DNA of 64,000 nucleotides, from positions 17,467 through 81,466 of the forward strand of contig MESW01000005.1 in NCBI GenBank assembly GCA_001771135.1, written 5' to 3'. Positions within the stretch are counted from its first letter, which is position 1; the number at the start of each line of letters is the position of its first letter. Positions 19,759-29,432 of the stretch are shown in pieces. The notes under the pieces are model-generated. The model was not told the DNA's origin, ran no database searches, and saw only the letters and a list, made by a program, of their open reading frames with translations. The translations under genes were made by a program, and so were the position numbers. Source of the DNA: a candidate division CPR3 bacterium GWF2_35_18 (GTDB taxonomy: Bacteria > Patescibacteriota > CPR3 > GWF2-35-18).

Positions 19759-20027
19759 AAAAAACTCCTTTTAATACATCACCTCCCAATGTTCAGAATT
19801 GGGAAATGAGATATATTTGTAATTGACCAAACAGGAAAATTAACCCTGATTTGAAGGGGAAGAGGTTATCTTTAAATGTAAATACTCAAAAGATATTGAA
19901 TTAATTGTTAAATTGGGAGATTCCAAGTATTTTATCAGTGTATTATCCATAATTCTGCACCATTTTAACAAACAGGTTTCCTCTTTTATCTATCCTCTTT
20001 GATCAAATTTTATAATTATTTATTAGC

Positions 20028-20048
20028 AAAAAAGCAGGATTTTCCTAC
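20028..20048 (-). terminator. Intrinsic terminator after recA-recX
   Basis: GTAGGA-AAA-TCCTGC followed by TTTTTT. Confidence 0.65.
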
Positions 20049-20071
20049 TTTCAATCGTCAATCATACCTAC

Positions 20072-20707
20072 TTACGCTTTTTTAGTCAAGAAATTTTCTA
20101 TAGCCAAGGCCACGTCTTCCCATTCAAAACCCCGACGAAGAAGCAAATCCTGCATCTTTTTTTTCATTTTTAGTTTGTCACTATCCTTAAATCTCCAACG
20201 ATTTTTTTCTAAGACCGCTCCAGCCTCATCATATCCAGCCAAGACCTCCTCTTGTAATAAACGCTCGACAAGCTTACTATCAAGCCCCTTTACATACAGC
20301 TCTTGTTTAATTAAATTTTTACCCTTTTTAACTTTTGTTCGTTGTTCAATAAACCATTTTCCAAACTCAACATCATCAACATAGTGCAATTTCTCGAGTC
20401 TCTTTATGATCCCTTCCTGTTCGACATCAGTAATACCAACCTTCGTAGAGATATTTTGTAGCTTGATGATAACTTCCTTTTGCGATCGGGGACGAAAACT
20501 CAAAAAATGAAGAATTTTATCCCAAACTTTTTGGATACTATCATCATCCTTTAATTTACTAATCTCGTCTTGTGATAAATTATCACCCAGTTTGATTTTT
20601 TGAATTTCCCAAAGATCAGCCGAAACTCCAAAAGCGAATTTTTCATCCAAATAAATATTCAGACGTTTTCGATTCTTCTGGCTTTTTACGGCTGTAAGTT
20701 GAGGCAT
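20072..20707 (-). CDS. recX: Regulatory protein RecX
   Basis: FLSFRPRSQKE, YVDDVEF, ELYVKG, LRRGF; directly after recA. Confidence 0.93.
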   Translation of the reverse strand: MPQLTAVKSQKNRKRLNIYLDEKFAFGVSADLWEIQKIKLGDNLSQDEISKLKDDDSIQKVWDKILHFLSFRPRSQKEVIIKLQNISTKVGITDVEQEGIIKRLEKLHYVDDVEFGKWFIEQRTKVKKGKNLIKQELYVKGLDSKLVERLLQEEVLAGYDEAGAVLEKNRWRFKDSDKLKMKKKMQDLLLRRGFEWEDVALAIENFLTKKA

Positions 20708-20712
20708 AAAAC

Positions 20713-21774
20713 TTATTCTTCTTCAGATTCCATATCTTTATTTTTTTTGCCTGTATCTTCCATACCTACTTCCATCTCATCAACACCGTTTTTGACCTGT
20801 TCCCTAATCCTAGCTTCAATCTGAGCAGTAAGAGGTTTATTCTCTTTCATAAAAATCTTAGCCGCTTCCCGTCCCTGACCAAGTCTAGTTTCTCCAAATT
20901 GATACCATGAACCTGATTTACTTACTACTTTAAGATCCACACCCACGTCCAAAAGGCTTCCCTCTTTTGAAACACCTTCAAGATACATAATGTCAAACTC
21001 GGCCATACGGAAAGGTGCCGCCAATTTATTTTTGACAATCTTTACTCGATGTCTTCCACCAATATTTTCCCCGTGTTCTTGGATCTGTCCAACCCGACGA
21101 ATATCAATCCGGATTGAAGAATAAAATTTCAAAGCGCGACCACCAGGAGTAGTTTCGGGATTTCCAAACATCACTCCAATCTTTTCGCGCAATTGATTGG
21201 TAAAAATTACACAGGTTTGAGATCTCGAAATCGCACCCGTTAATTTTCTTAAAGCCTGAGACATCAACCTTGCCTGAAGACCCATATGTGAATCACCCAT
21301 CTCTCCTTCGATCTCTGCTCGAGGCACAAGAGCAGCTACAGAATCAACCACAATTAAATCAATTCCTCCGGATCTCACTAAAGTTTCGGTAATTTCTAAA
21401 GCCTGTTCACCAGTATCCGGCTGCGAGATAAAAAGATCTTTAATATTCACTCCAATTTTTTGTGCATACATAGGGTCAAGGGCATGTTCTGTATCAATAT
21501 AAGCTGCGACCCCACCTCTTTTTTGCACCTCGGCCACAATATGAGAACAAACAGTCGTCTTTCCTGAAGATTCCGGACCAAAGATCTCGACAATACGACC
21601 TTTTGGTACTCCACCGATTCCCAGAGCCAAATCAATTGCGATTGAACCGGTAGGAATAACATCAACACTAAGATGCCTATTATCTCCTAGCTTCATAATT
21701 GATCCTTTTCCAAATTGTTTTTCAATCTGAGCAATCGCATTTGCTATTGCTTGTTTTTTACCATCATCAACCAT
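20713..21774 (-). CDS. recA: Recombinase RecA
   Basis: [35 protein letters not shown]. Confidence 0.99.
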   Translation of the reverse strand: MVDDGKKQAIANAIAQIEKQFGKGSIMKLGDNRHLSVDVIPTGSIAIDLALGIGGVPKGRIVEIFGPESSGKTTVCSHIVAEVQKRGGVAAYIDTEHALDPMYAQKIGVNIKDLFISQPDTGEQALEITETLVRSGGIDLIVVDSVAALVPRAEIEGEMGDSHMGLQARLMSQALRKLTGAISRSQTCVIFTNQLREKIGVMFGNPETTPGGRALKFYSSIRIDIRRVGQIQEHGENIGGRHRVKIVKNKLAAPFRMAEFDIMYLEGVSKEGSLLDVGVDLKVVSKSGSWYQFGETRLGQGREAAKIFMKENKPLTAQIEARIREQVKNGVDEMEVGMEDTGKKNKDMESEEE

Positions 21775-21816
21775 TATAAAAATACCTCCTTAGGCAGATA
21801 TAAAATTATTTTAGAT

Positions 21817-23013
21817 TTATGATTCTAGAAAATCTTTAACGGTTTTCATATACGTATAGGCAGTTGGAATAAGATCATCGAGATACACACACTCATCTTT
21901 TCCGTGTAAATTTTCAAACCGGCAACCAAAACCGCAAATAACGGGAATCTTTAGCTTCGAAGCCAAAACATTACCATCATTGGCTGGGCCACAAACAGAT
22001 AAAGGAATTTTTTTATTCAATGTTTCCTGGGCGTTCTTTTGAAAAATCTGAATAATATTGGCATTCTGATCTGATAAATATGGTTCTTCCGCTCCCAATA
22101 AACTAAATTCGTAATGGAAATCGGTTTGTTTACTTTTAACTTCTTCTATTAAAGCTCTAATCTCTGAGACCACTTCTTCAGATTTTTGAGAAGGAACTGT
22201 CCGGATATCCAAAGATATTTCACAACGGTCAGGAACCACATTGATCGCACTTCCCCCATTTACAATTGAAATTGTTAGCTTTGGACCAAAAGGAAAAAGT
22301 GGATTTTTATGGTATTTTAATTGATGATTTGCAAGCTGCTGTAATAAAGGGATGGCTTTTGTAATTGCGTTAATTCCCAGATGCTTTCGCGAACCGGTAT
22401 GCGCTGATTTCCCATAAACGGCGATTTTAATTCTCACATATCCTCGGGAACCGATAAAAATTTCCTTATCATTGGGATATCCAATAAGTGAAGCATCTGC
22501 TTTGATCCCTTCATCCAAAATACTTTTTAAACCCGAGAAGTCTCCGTTATGTTCTCCACCATCAAAAGCCACAACTACCTGACCCTTTAGATTGGGATAG
22601 ACCTCATGTAAAGCCTTAAAACCATAGATATAAAAAGCTATGGTTGCCTTACAATCAGCGCTACCACGACCAAAAAGTTTTCGATCTTCAATAACTCCGG
22701 AAAAAGGTGGGGACTTCCAATCTGATTCTGTTCCCGGTCTGGCAGTGTCTAGAGGAGCCGATAACCAAAGAGTCTTTCCTTTACCGGTGAAAGGATAATA
22801 CAACACTGAATAATCCGCACCACGCCCGAGTAAATGGGAATCATAATTTAAAACAGTTAGTTTTTGGGCCACAAAATCAGCTAAGGCGTTCGCTCCTTGG
22901 GTATCATAGGAAGGAATCTTGACCATCTCCTGTAAAAAAGAGATCATTTGCGGTTCGTACTTTTTGATTTGGTTGAAAAGCTTTCCATCCATAGATGCGT
23001 AACTTGTGAACAT
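21817..23013 (-). CDS. M20 family (ArgE/DapE-like) amidohydrolase homologue with atypical metal ligands
   Basis: LFGRGSADCK, GKSAHTG, INAI, GGSAINVVPD, LHGKDE. Confidence 0.88.
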   Translation of the reverse strand: MFTSYASMDGKLFNQIKKYEPQMISFLQEMVKIPSYDTQGANALADFVAQKLTVLNYDSHLLGRGADYSVLYYPFTGKGKTLWLSAPLDTARPGTESDWKSPPFSGVIEDRKLFGRGSADCKATIAFYIYGFKALHEVYPNLKGQVVVAFDGGEHNGDFSGLKSILDEGIKADASLIGYPNDKEIFIGSRGYVRIKIAVYGKSAHTGSRKHLGINAITKAIPLLQQLANHQLKYHKNPLFPFGPKLTISIVNGGSAINVVPDRCEISLDIRTVPSQKSEEVVSEIRALIEEVKSKQTDFHYEFSLLGAEEPYLSDQNANIIQIFQKNAQETLNKKIPLSVCGPANDGNVLASKLKIPVICGFGCRFENLHGKDECVYLDDLIPTAYTYMKTVKDFLES

Positions 23014-23070
23014 GTAAATTTGTAACTCGATTCATTTTGGCGTATACCTTTAATATTAAGCCAAATAAAC

Positions 23071-23121
23071 GAACTTGCTCCGAGGAAGAGATACCACAGA
23101 TTTTATTCTGTGGTAATTCAT
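23071..23121 (+). mobile_element. Probable orphan IS200/IS605-family right-end remnant
   Basis: GCTCCGAGG..GATACCACAGA-TTTTAT-TCTGTGGTA hairpin ending ATTCAT; resembles IS605-type subterminal hairpin plus TCAT end (from recall); no transposase nearby. Confidence 0.45.
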
Positions 23122-23238
23122 TATACCCGAATTACTCCTCATTTGCATTATGCAAATCCATCTTTTGTAATTTAAAATGTGATTAATTCGGGTTATACTC
23201 AACTACCCTTTATCCCAAATCTAAAAAAGTTGAGTATA
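23122..23238. repeat. Two abutting TATA-bounded palindromic (MITE/ERIC-like) elements
   Basis: TATACCCGAATTA...TAATTCGGGTTATA followed by TATACTCAACT...AGTTGAGTATA. Confidence 0.7.
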
Positions 23239-23449
23239 TACTTAAAAAAGACAGATTTGGTAATGAGAGAAAACAATAATTATAGCTCTTAGCTTTTGAC
23301 CTCTGTATTTACTACAAACTAATGATTATTATTTATTACTTTTCTATAAACTCAATTAATTTAGGTATATCACACTAATTTGCGTTTGTCTTTGTATCGC
23401 AATACAAATTCGTATTTATGGGCGTCATATCAACCACAAAAATGACAGA

Positions 23450-23917
23450 TTATGTAAAGAAAAAATCAGCCAAGCTAAAAAGGATAAAGATTAGAAAAAA
23501 CCTAATTGTATCTTCAGTTATTAACCACTGTGTTGTATCACTCTTGATCTTCTTGATACCAAAAGTAATTAAAATCACGCTACTAATAAGCTCTGCTAAA
23601 CTCCATCCTAAATTGTTAACTCCTTGAATTAAGTAAATGACCAAAAAAACAAAGAATTGCATCAGATAAATAAAATATACTGTTCCAGGCATTTTCAATA
23701 TTTCGCGCGCGCGAATTCTAACCGTATCAATGACTAAAGCTTTGATCCATAAATAGAGAGCTACAAGAAAGAGAGGATTATTAAAAATGAAGTCAGTTGG
23801 CTGCGAAAATGGAACCACGATAATGAGAATTACAATGGAAATTAAACCAAAAAGGAAAAAGAAAATAGTAATATAGAGTTCCGAGATCTCTTTGATGAAA
23901 TTATTTTTTTTAATCAT
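23450..23917 (-). CDS. Hypothetical integral membrane protein
   Basis: About five hydrophobic segments. Confidence 0.7.
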   Translation of the reverse strand: MIKKNNFIKEISELYITIFFFLFGLISIVILIIVVPFSQPTDFIFNNPLFLVALYLWIKALVIDTVRIRAREILKMPGTVYFIYLMQFFVFLVIYLIQGVNNLGWSLAELISSVILITFGIKKIKSDTTQWLITEDTIRFFLIFILFSLADFFFT

Positions 23918-23920
23918 TAC

Positions 23921-24721
23921 TTATTCCGTTAACTCTTTTAAAACATACGGAATTTCGGCAACTAAGTCGGAAGCGTTGAAAAAGAAGGAAACTTTCTTTT
24001 TCAATCTATCCCCAGCATAACCATTGATAAAGACCCCAGCCTTGGCAGCAAGACAAAGTTCGTTTTTGGCCGCCAAAGCAGTAATAAGACCTGACAACAC
24101 GTCTCCGGTTCCACCTTTGGTCATCCCAGCATTTCCGGTCACGTTTTCCCAAAGATCCTCACCATCTGAAACATAATCTTTCTGTCCTTTCAAAAGAATA
24201 ATTGCATGATATTGCTTACTCATCATAAACACATTTTCTGAAGTCGCGGGCAGGTGAAAAAGAATTTCAAATTCTTTGGCATGTGGAGTCAAAATACAAT
24301 GCCGGTTTAAAAAACTTTTATCAACCATCTTAATTGCATCGGCGTCGATCACGACTTTTTTCTCTGGATAGTATTTCAAAAAGTTATTGATAGTGTCTTC
24401 TGTTTCTTTTGTCTGCTCCATCCCTATCCCAATCAAAACCACGTCAACTAAAGGAATGTATTGGGGAAGATCGACCGAAGTTAAAATAATAAACTCTGCT
24501 AGCTCGCTTTTCATCTTTTTGACAATCTCATTATTGGTAATCGCGGAGAAGAAATAAACTACATCCACAATCTTACTAGCCATTTTCGCGGCCAGAATCG
24601 GCGCCCCATGATACTTTTCACTTCCTCCAATTATCAGAATTCTGCCATTATTACCTTTATGTGAGGAAGGAAGTGGTTGAACTAAATTTTTTACAATCTC
24701 GGAATTAATTTGGGTAATCAT
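23921..24721 (-). CDS. nnrD: NAD(P)H-hydrate dehydratase (YjeF C-terminal domain)
   Basis: SHKGNNG, IGGSEKYHGA, VIDADA, LTPHAKEF, KGGTGDVLSG. Confidence 0.93.
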   Translation of the reverse strand: MITQINSEIVKNLVQPLPSSHKGNNGRILIIGGSEKYHGAPILAAKMASKIVDVVYFFSAITNNEIVKKMKSELAEFIILTSVDLPQYIPLVDVVLIGIGMEQTKETEDTINNFLKYYPEKKVVIDADAIKMVDKSFLNRHCILTPHAKEFEILFHLPATSENVFMMSKQYHAIILLKGQKDYVSDGEDLWENVTGNAGMTKGGTGDVLSGLITALAAKNELCLAAKAGVFINGYAGDRLKKKVSFFFNASDLVAEIPYVLKELTE

Positions 24722-24854
24722 ATATTCTCACGGAAAAATCCGTGCTCCTCTTTCTCTTTTTCGTTAACCGTGAGAGAGAATAAAAAAATTATCTCATATT
24801 GAAGAATAAAATTACAAAATAGCTTTAATTCAATAATTATAATAAGATGAAGGA

Positions 24855-25682
24855 ATGCAAAAAAAATATTCAAAAAGTTTTGATGGAGCAAAGATCTTTT
24901 ATCACAAAACCCAAAATGATCCCAAAAAATGGCTGATATTTTTACATGGTCTGGGTGGAGATCTGACGGCCTGGGAAAAAGAAAGAAGATACTTCGACCA
25001 TTTAGGAATCTCTACTCTGGCAATTGATCTGCGAGGACACGGCCTTTCTGAAAGAGGAAAAAACAAAAACTTCTACAAATTAAAAAACCATATTTACGAT
25101 GTTAAAGTGATCCTCGAAAAGGAACAGATCCAAAAACCGGTTATTGTCGGTCATTGCTTTGGCGGAATGGTCTCGATAAATTACGGGGCGTATTTTCCCA
25201 GAGAAGTTGATGCTTTAGTCTTAGTTGATACTAGCTACAAGCTCCCCTTTTTCAGCAAACATAAGACCTGTGCTATCTTTTTGGAAAACATTTTGGAGCA
25301 GTTAGCAAAGATCTCACCGGAAAGACATATTGAAAGACATACTCACTTCAAAAACTTTTATGATACTTCGGACGTGGATTTTCGCCGATTATTATCAGAT
25401 GTTTTGCATGCCTCGATAAAAAGTTATCTGTTTTTATGCTCCAACTTAATTGAATATGACGCCGAAAGTTTATTGAAAAAGATTGTTGATCCGACTCTAG
25501 TAGTTGAAGGAACTCGAGACAGCATCTTTCCTCCCAAAATTGCTGCACTCTTAAAAGAAAGACTGATAAATTCGGAGATGGATCTAATTCCTGAAGCCAA
25601 TCACATCCTAATCATTAATTCTCCCAAAGAACTAAACCAAACTATCGACAGCTATCTCAAAAAAATTAGCTTCTTGAAGTAG
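24855..25682 (+). CDS. Alpha/beta hydrolase with Cys at the nucleophile elbow
   Basis: FLHGLGG, DLRGHGLS, GHCFGG, GTRD, ANH. Confidence 0.9.
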   Translation: MQKKYSKSFDGAKIFYHKTQNDPKKWLIFLHGLGGDLTAWEKERRYFDHLGISTLAIDLRGHGLSERGKNKNFYKLKNHIYDVKVILEKEQIQKPVIVGHCFGGMVSINYGAYFPREVDALVLVDTSYKLPFFSKHKTCAIFLENILEQLAKISPERHIERHTHFKNFYDTSDVDFRRLLSDVLHASIKSYLFLCSNLIEYDAESLLKKIVDPTLVVEGTRDSIFPPKIAALLKERLINSEMDLIPEANHILIINSPKELNQTIDSYLKKISFLK

Positions 25683-26883
25683 ATCTATTTTGTAACTCAT
25701 CCAGATAGTTCTTAACGTTTAGCGCACCGGAAAAATTATAATCTGTTTTTACAAATCCTTCATGAATTTTCAGTAAAGAATCTCTATCGTTCAAGTATTC
25801 CCAAAGTGTATTTTTAATTTCTGAATAATATTTAACCGGAGCTTGTGACTGCAGCAAACAATACATATCTACTTCCTGAGGCCCATGCGGGGAGCTAAGA
25901 AGATGCGGAATTCCCGTGGCTAAAGAATAAAAAACTAGTTCACTGGGACGAGAAACAATTAGGTTAACGTCCTTCATCATCCATTCATGTCCTACATCAA
26001 CAAGCTCTTTTGGAGACGAAACATACTGCTTATCAATATATTTCTCGAGTTCTAATCTTTGAATGACATCATCAACATCGTGTTTATACTCATCATGACC
26101 ACAAGAAATCACTTTTACTTTGACTTTATCTGCTTTGATCTGAGGGGCTAATTCCGTCAGAATATTTATATTATCTTCAATTTGTGATCTCGGACAAAAT
26201 AATCCCATATAAATTCCGATCGTAAATTTCTGTTTATATAAGTCGTTGTAAACTCGCTTTTGAATCTCCTTCCGTTTCTCCAAAATCCGCGGATCAAGCG
26301 GATGCCCAATCACTTTCAAGTTTTTTTCGGGGAGTCCGCAGCTATTCAAACAAACATGCATCGCCTTTGAATTTACGAGATTAAGAAGTCCGTCTGCCCG
26401 GTAAAAATCACCCGCCAAAACTCCAGTTTCATCAGGAATCACATTCAGAAGTGGGGTCTTTAGTTTCTGCATATGGAGATAGCTTCTTGCAGCAGAAGTG
26501 GTGATCGGATGCAAGGAAATAATAAGATCATACTGTTCAAATTGATACAGATTTCCGATACTTCTACCCAACATTCGACTCAAAAAATCAAGCAGGTTGA
26601 AAATAACAAATCGCGAAAAATAATATTTGAAGTCACAGGTATAATTAATTTTAGTGTGAAAAATTCGGGTTGGTTTGGTCATCGCTTTCAAAGCAATCTG
26701 GTTAATTAAAAAGTGATACAGCTGCGACCAAAACCGGGTTTTAAAAGAGGGAAAGTTTTTGAGTCCTTCCAACATCTCAATATAGGTAATCTTATGCCCC
26801 GCTTTTGCAAGCTCAATCCCGATTGAGTAGGATTCGCGGTAGTGACCGATACCGGTAAGTAGATACAGAATAGCAACTTTCAT
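25666..26883 (-). CDS. GT-B glycosyltransferase, MGDG synthase/UgtP-like
   Basis: TGIGH, DLIISLHP, VIPD, KVIGHP, VSRPS, GPQE. Confidence 0.7.
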   Translation of the reverse strand: MKVAILYLLTGIGHYRESYSIGIELAKAGHKITYIEMLEGLKNFPSFKTRFWSQLYHFLINQIALKAMTKPTRIFHTKINYTCDFKYYFSRFVIFNLLDFLSRMLGRSIGNLYQFEQYDLIISLHPITTSAARSYLHMQKLKTPLLNVIPDETGVLAGDFYRADGLLNLVNSKAMHVCLNSCGLPEKNLKVIGHPLDPRILEKRKEIQKRVYNDLYKQKFTIGIYMGLFCPRSQIEDNINILTELAPQIKADKVKVKVISCGHDEYKHDVDDVIQRLELEKYIDKQYVSSPKELVDVGHEWMMKDVNLIVSRPSELVFYSLATGIPHLLSSPHGPQEVDMYCLLQSQAPVKYYSEIKNTLWEYLNDRDSLLKIHEGFVKTDYNFSGALNVKNYLDELQNRSTSRS

Positions 26884-26887
26884 AGAA

Positions 26888-27370
26888 TTATTTCTCCTTC
26901 ACAATTTGGATCACATTCTTTAAATGAAACTTGACCTGAATATATTTATCTAGCTTTAACTTTAACATCGGAAACATTGGCTGATTCAGTGCAGCGGTAT
27001 CAAAATTTATTTCCGGATATTTTTGCATAAAGTTAGTAAATCCTTTGGGAAGCACAAATTCAATGTGCTCGAGAGCTGAAGGACAGATCTGATCTTTTTT
27101 GGGCGCTACAAGTTCGATGGCCGAGATTATGTAATTTTTGTAAACTAATGGCTTTTTAAAAGCCACAATTCCCACTCTCCGACCACCCACAATCTCTTCG
27201 GACAAAGATTCTCCCAAGGATAGAAACTCTGGCTTTAGTTTATCATAATCCGCATCCGACGACGCTTGATAACCAAGATGGTCAAGTTCGTAGTTAGAAA
27301 CATCAATTTTTAACTCGGACAGCTTTTGAAAAACTAAATCTAAAAATTGTTCGTAATGATCAAGAATCAT
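26888..27370 (-). CDS. YecM-like VOC metalloprotein
   Basis: DHLGYQ, IVGGR, IELVAP, EHIEFV, VKFH. Confidence 0.85.
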   Translation of the reverse strand: MILDHYEQFLDLVFQKLSELKIDVSNYELDHLGYQASSDADYDKLKPEFLSLGESLSEEIVGGRRVGIVAFKKPLVYKNYIISAIELVAPKKDQICPSALEHIEFVLPKGFTNFMQKYPEINFDTAALNQPMFPMLKLKLDKYIQVKFHLKNVIQIVKEK

Positions 27371-27386
27371 AGAAACTCCTTATCGT

Positions 27387-27728
27387 TTAAAAATTAGAGG
27401 CACAAAGACAACCTTTATTTTTTAAGATCTCTTTCTGTTCAATAATCGTGTTTAGAAATTGATTCTGAACAGCGTTACCAACAGCGAATTTCGAATCAAG
27501 TGGAGTGTGGTGCTGATAACCACGGCGCTGAAATTCAGAGACCAAAGCCTCATGCCGCAAATACAGAGCTTTTTCTTTTCCTACCCAACGTAGCATTTCC
27601 GGATGTTTGGAGTATCCACCTTTCCCGCCATGCTTTACCAGAATATTCCAGAGCCCATGTAGCTCGCGGTGTTCAGCAACAAGATGTTTCTGGCACAGAT
27701 ATTTCGGTTCAAGATCCCAAATCCGCAT
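27387..27728 (-). CDS. Pyrimidine dimer DNA glycosylase/endonuclease V family protein
   Basis: MRIW...LCQKHLVAEHRELH, GYSKHP, EFQRRGY. Confidence 0.85.
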   Translation of the reverse strand: MRIWDLEPKYLCQKHLVAEHRELHGLWNILVKHGGKGGYSKHPEMLRWVGKEKALYLRHEALVSEFQRRGYQHHTPLDSKFAVGNAVQNQFLNTIIEQKEILKNKGCLCASNF

Positions 27729-27748
27729 GAATTAATTCCAATTAAAGG

Positions 27749-28150
27749 TTAAATCTTCAACAATCTCATCAAATAAAAAACCACCGTCGTCGTAAAACCA
27801 GAAATAATGGCCCCCCAAGCAAGATCTACAACAACAATAATAAAAGGCCAGTCTTTAATCGTTGCATAATTGGTAAGATCATAGGTAGCGTATGAAACCA
27901 GCCCAAAAAACATTCCGGATAACAACATCGTAGTCAGGCTACCCTGCTCTTTATTTGGCATAATTACAAAAAAGACAATGCCACCCACAAAAAGTAGATA
28001 AAAGATCAACGCCGCCAAAAGATTGGGATCATCGCGCATCAAAAAACCCAGATGTTCTCCATAAAAATCTTTGGCAATTAGCGATAACCACAAAAAATCA
28101 ATCGCCAGAAAAACCACCAAAGCTAAACCATATATTTTGACTACATTCAT
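27749..28150 (-). CDS. DUF2177 family membrane protein
   Basis: IDFLWL, YATYDLTNYAT, VDLAWG. Confidence 0.9.
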   Translation of the reverse strand: MNVVKIYGLALVVFLAIDFLWLSLIAKDFYGEHLGFLMRDDPNLLAALIFYLLFVGGIVFFVIMPNKEQGSLTTMLLSGMFFGLVSYATYDLTNYATIKDWPFIIVVVDLAWGAIISGFTTTVVFYLMRLLKI

Positions 28151-28165
28151 TTTTAACTCCTGAAG

Positions 28166-28771
28166 TTATCTATAACTTCGAATTTTTTCTTCGACACTTT
28201 TGGCTAATTTGACAAGCAACTCATTGCTAACTAACTTTGCTGAAGAACGGCCGATACGCACAAACTTTATCTCCGGATCAACCACCATATAGATATCAAG
28301 ATACTCACCTGGAGCTTTATCGGAAATCGAAATAAAGTTTTCCAAACCGATCGAAGGTTCGGAAACAATAGTTCGATCCAATATTTCCAAACCTTTTTTC
28401 TGCTTTTCCGCCTGACCATACCCAACATCCACCACCACAAAATCTACCTTATCGGTGTAGTAATTACATCCTACTGACATACTGTTTGAATAATCTTCAG
28501 TTTTTACAATCGTTTTATCTATCGCTACACCGGCCATCTCTTTGGTAAATTCATTACAGACATCGAGACCAAAAGAATACTGTCCGGTTTTTATAAAATC
28601 ACCGTTTGAATTAGTGTTGGAATTGTTGTTTGAGTTGTTGGAATTATTATTCCCGGAATTATTATTTCCGGAATTGTTGCTGATGGCTTGATAGGCAAAA
28701 AATCCGCCTCCAGCAACAACAGCAACAGCTAAAATTCCAATGACTAATTTGTTAGTTAGAAGTGCTTTCAT
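28166..28771 (-). CDS. Membrane-anchored exported protein with Asn/Ser-rich linker
   Basis: N-terminal TM; NNSGNNNSGNNNSNN encoded by imperfect 15-nt repeats near 28620-28680; two Cys. Confidence 0.8.
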   Translation of the reverse strand: MKALLTNKLVIGILAVAVVAGGGFFAYQAISNNSGNNNSGNNNSNNSNNNSNTNSNGDFIKTGQYSFGLDVCNEFTKEMAGVAIDKTIVKTEDYSNSMSVGCNYYTDKVDFVVVDVGYGQAEKQKKGLEILDRTIVSEPSIGLENFISISDKAPGEYLDIYMVVDPEIKFVRIGRSSAKLVSNELLVKLAKSVEEKIRSYR

Positions 28772-28789
28772 AAGGAAACCTCCTTTAAT

Positions 28790-29368
28790 TTAGAGTAGTT
28801 TTATCTCCATGCTGGATTTAAAATAACAGTTTTCAATAGTTATTCGGCTATCTGGGACAGAACCATTTGAATTAATTTCGGTGACTTCTCCGGAAAAAGT
28901 TCCTTCAATATTGCTACCATTAAATTTAGTGACATCCACTTTAAAAGAATCCCCGTTATCAAAATCGGTCCCAAAACTTTTGGAGACACCATCACCATAA
29001 CTGATTCCGACATTACTTTCGGCTTTTGTCTGCGTATAGCTGCTAACTGAATTTGCCGGAATTGCGACCTGCAAACTGTGAGGCGTTCCTCCGTTTTCGA
29101 CATCTTCTCCTGCCATTAGTAGAATAGATTCTCTTTTTGTCGTCGCATCTACAAAAGAATTCACGATAATCATCTTATGGTAAACATCTTTACGGTTATC
29201 AATATCACACTTAATATAATTATCGGTCAGAATATTAGTATTAGAATTTGTCTCGTTTGAAGAGCTTGGGGAAGAATTTTTGTTTTTGAAAAAGAAAAAG
29301 TAGATCAGAAAAAAGATAATAAGTAACAGCAAAAAAAGAATCACAAAAAGTAGTTTTTTGTTTTTCAT
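28790..29368 (-). CDS. Membrane-anchored exported hypothetical protein (start MKNKK at 29368)
   Basis: AAGGAG RBS; TM; Ser/Asn linker; beta-rich domain (IEGTFSG). Confidence 0.75.
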   Translation of the reverse strand: MKNKKLLFVILFLLLLIIFFLIYFFFFKNKNSSPSSSNETNSNTNILTDNYIKCDIDNRKDVYHKMIIVNSFVDATTKRESILLMAGEDVENGGTPHSLQVAIPANSVSSYTQTKAESNVGISYGDGVSKSFGTDFDNGDSFKVDVTKFNGSNIEGTFSGEVTEINSNGSVPDSRITIENCYFKSSMEIKLL

Positions 29369-29432
29369 GGACGGCTCCTTGAGCATAAATATATATCTAG
29401 ATTTTAACAGGAAGGAAGAAAAGAGGAAAGAG

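Noticed and set aside
28610-28680. Short tandem repeats as a possible CRISPR array
   Set aside because: Imperfect 15-nt coding repeats for an Asn/Ser linker; no spacers and no cas genes in the window
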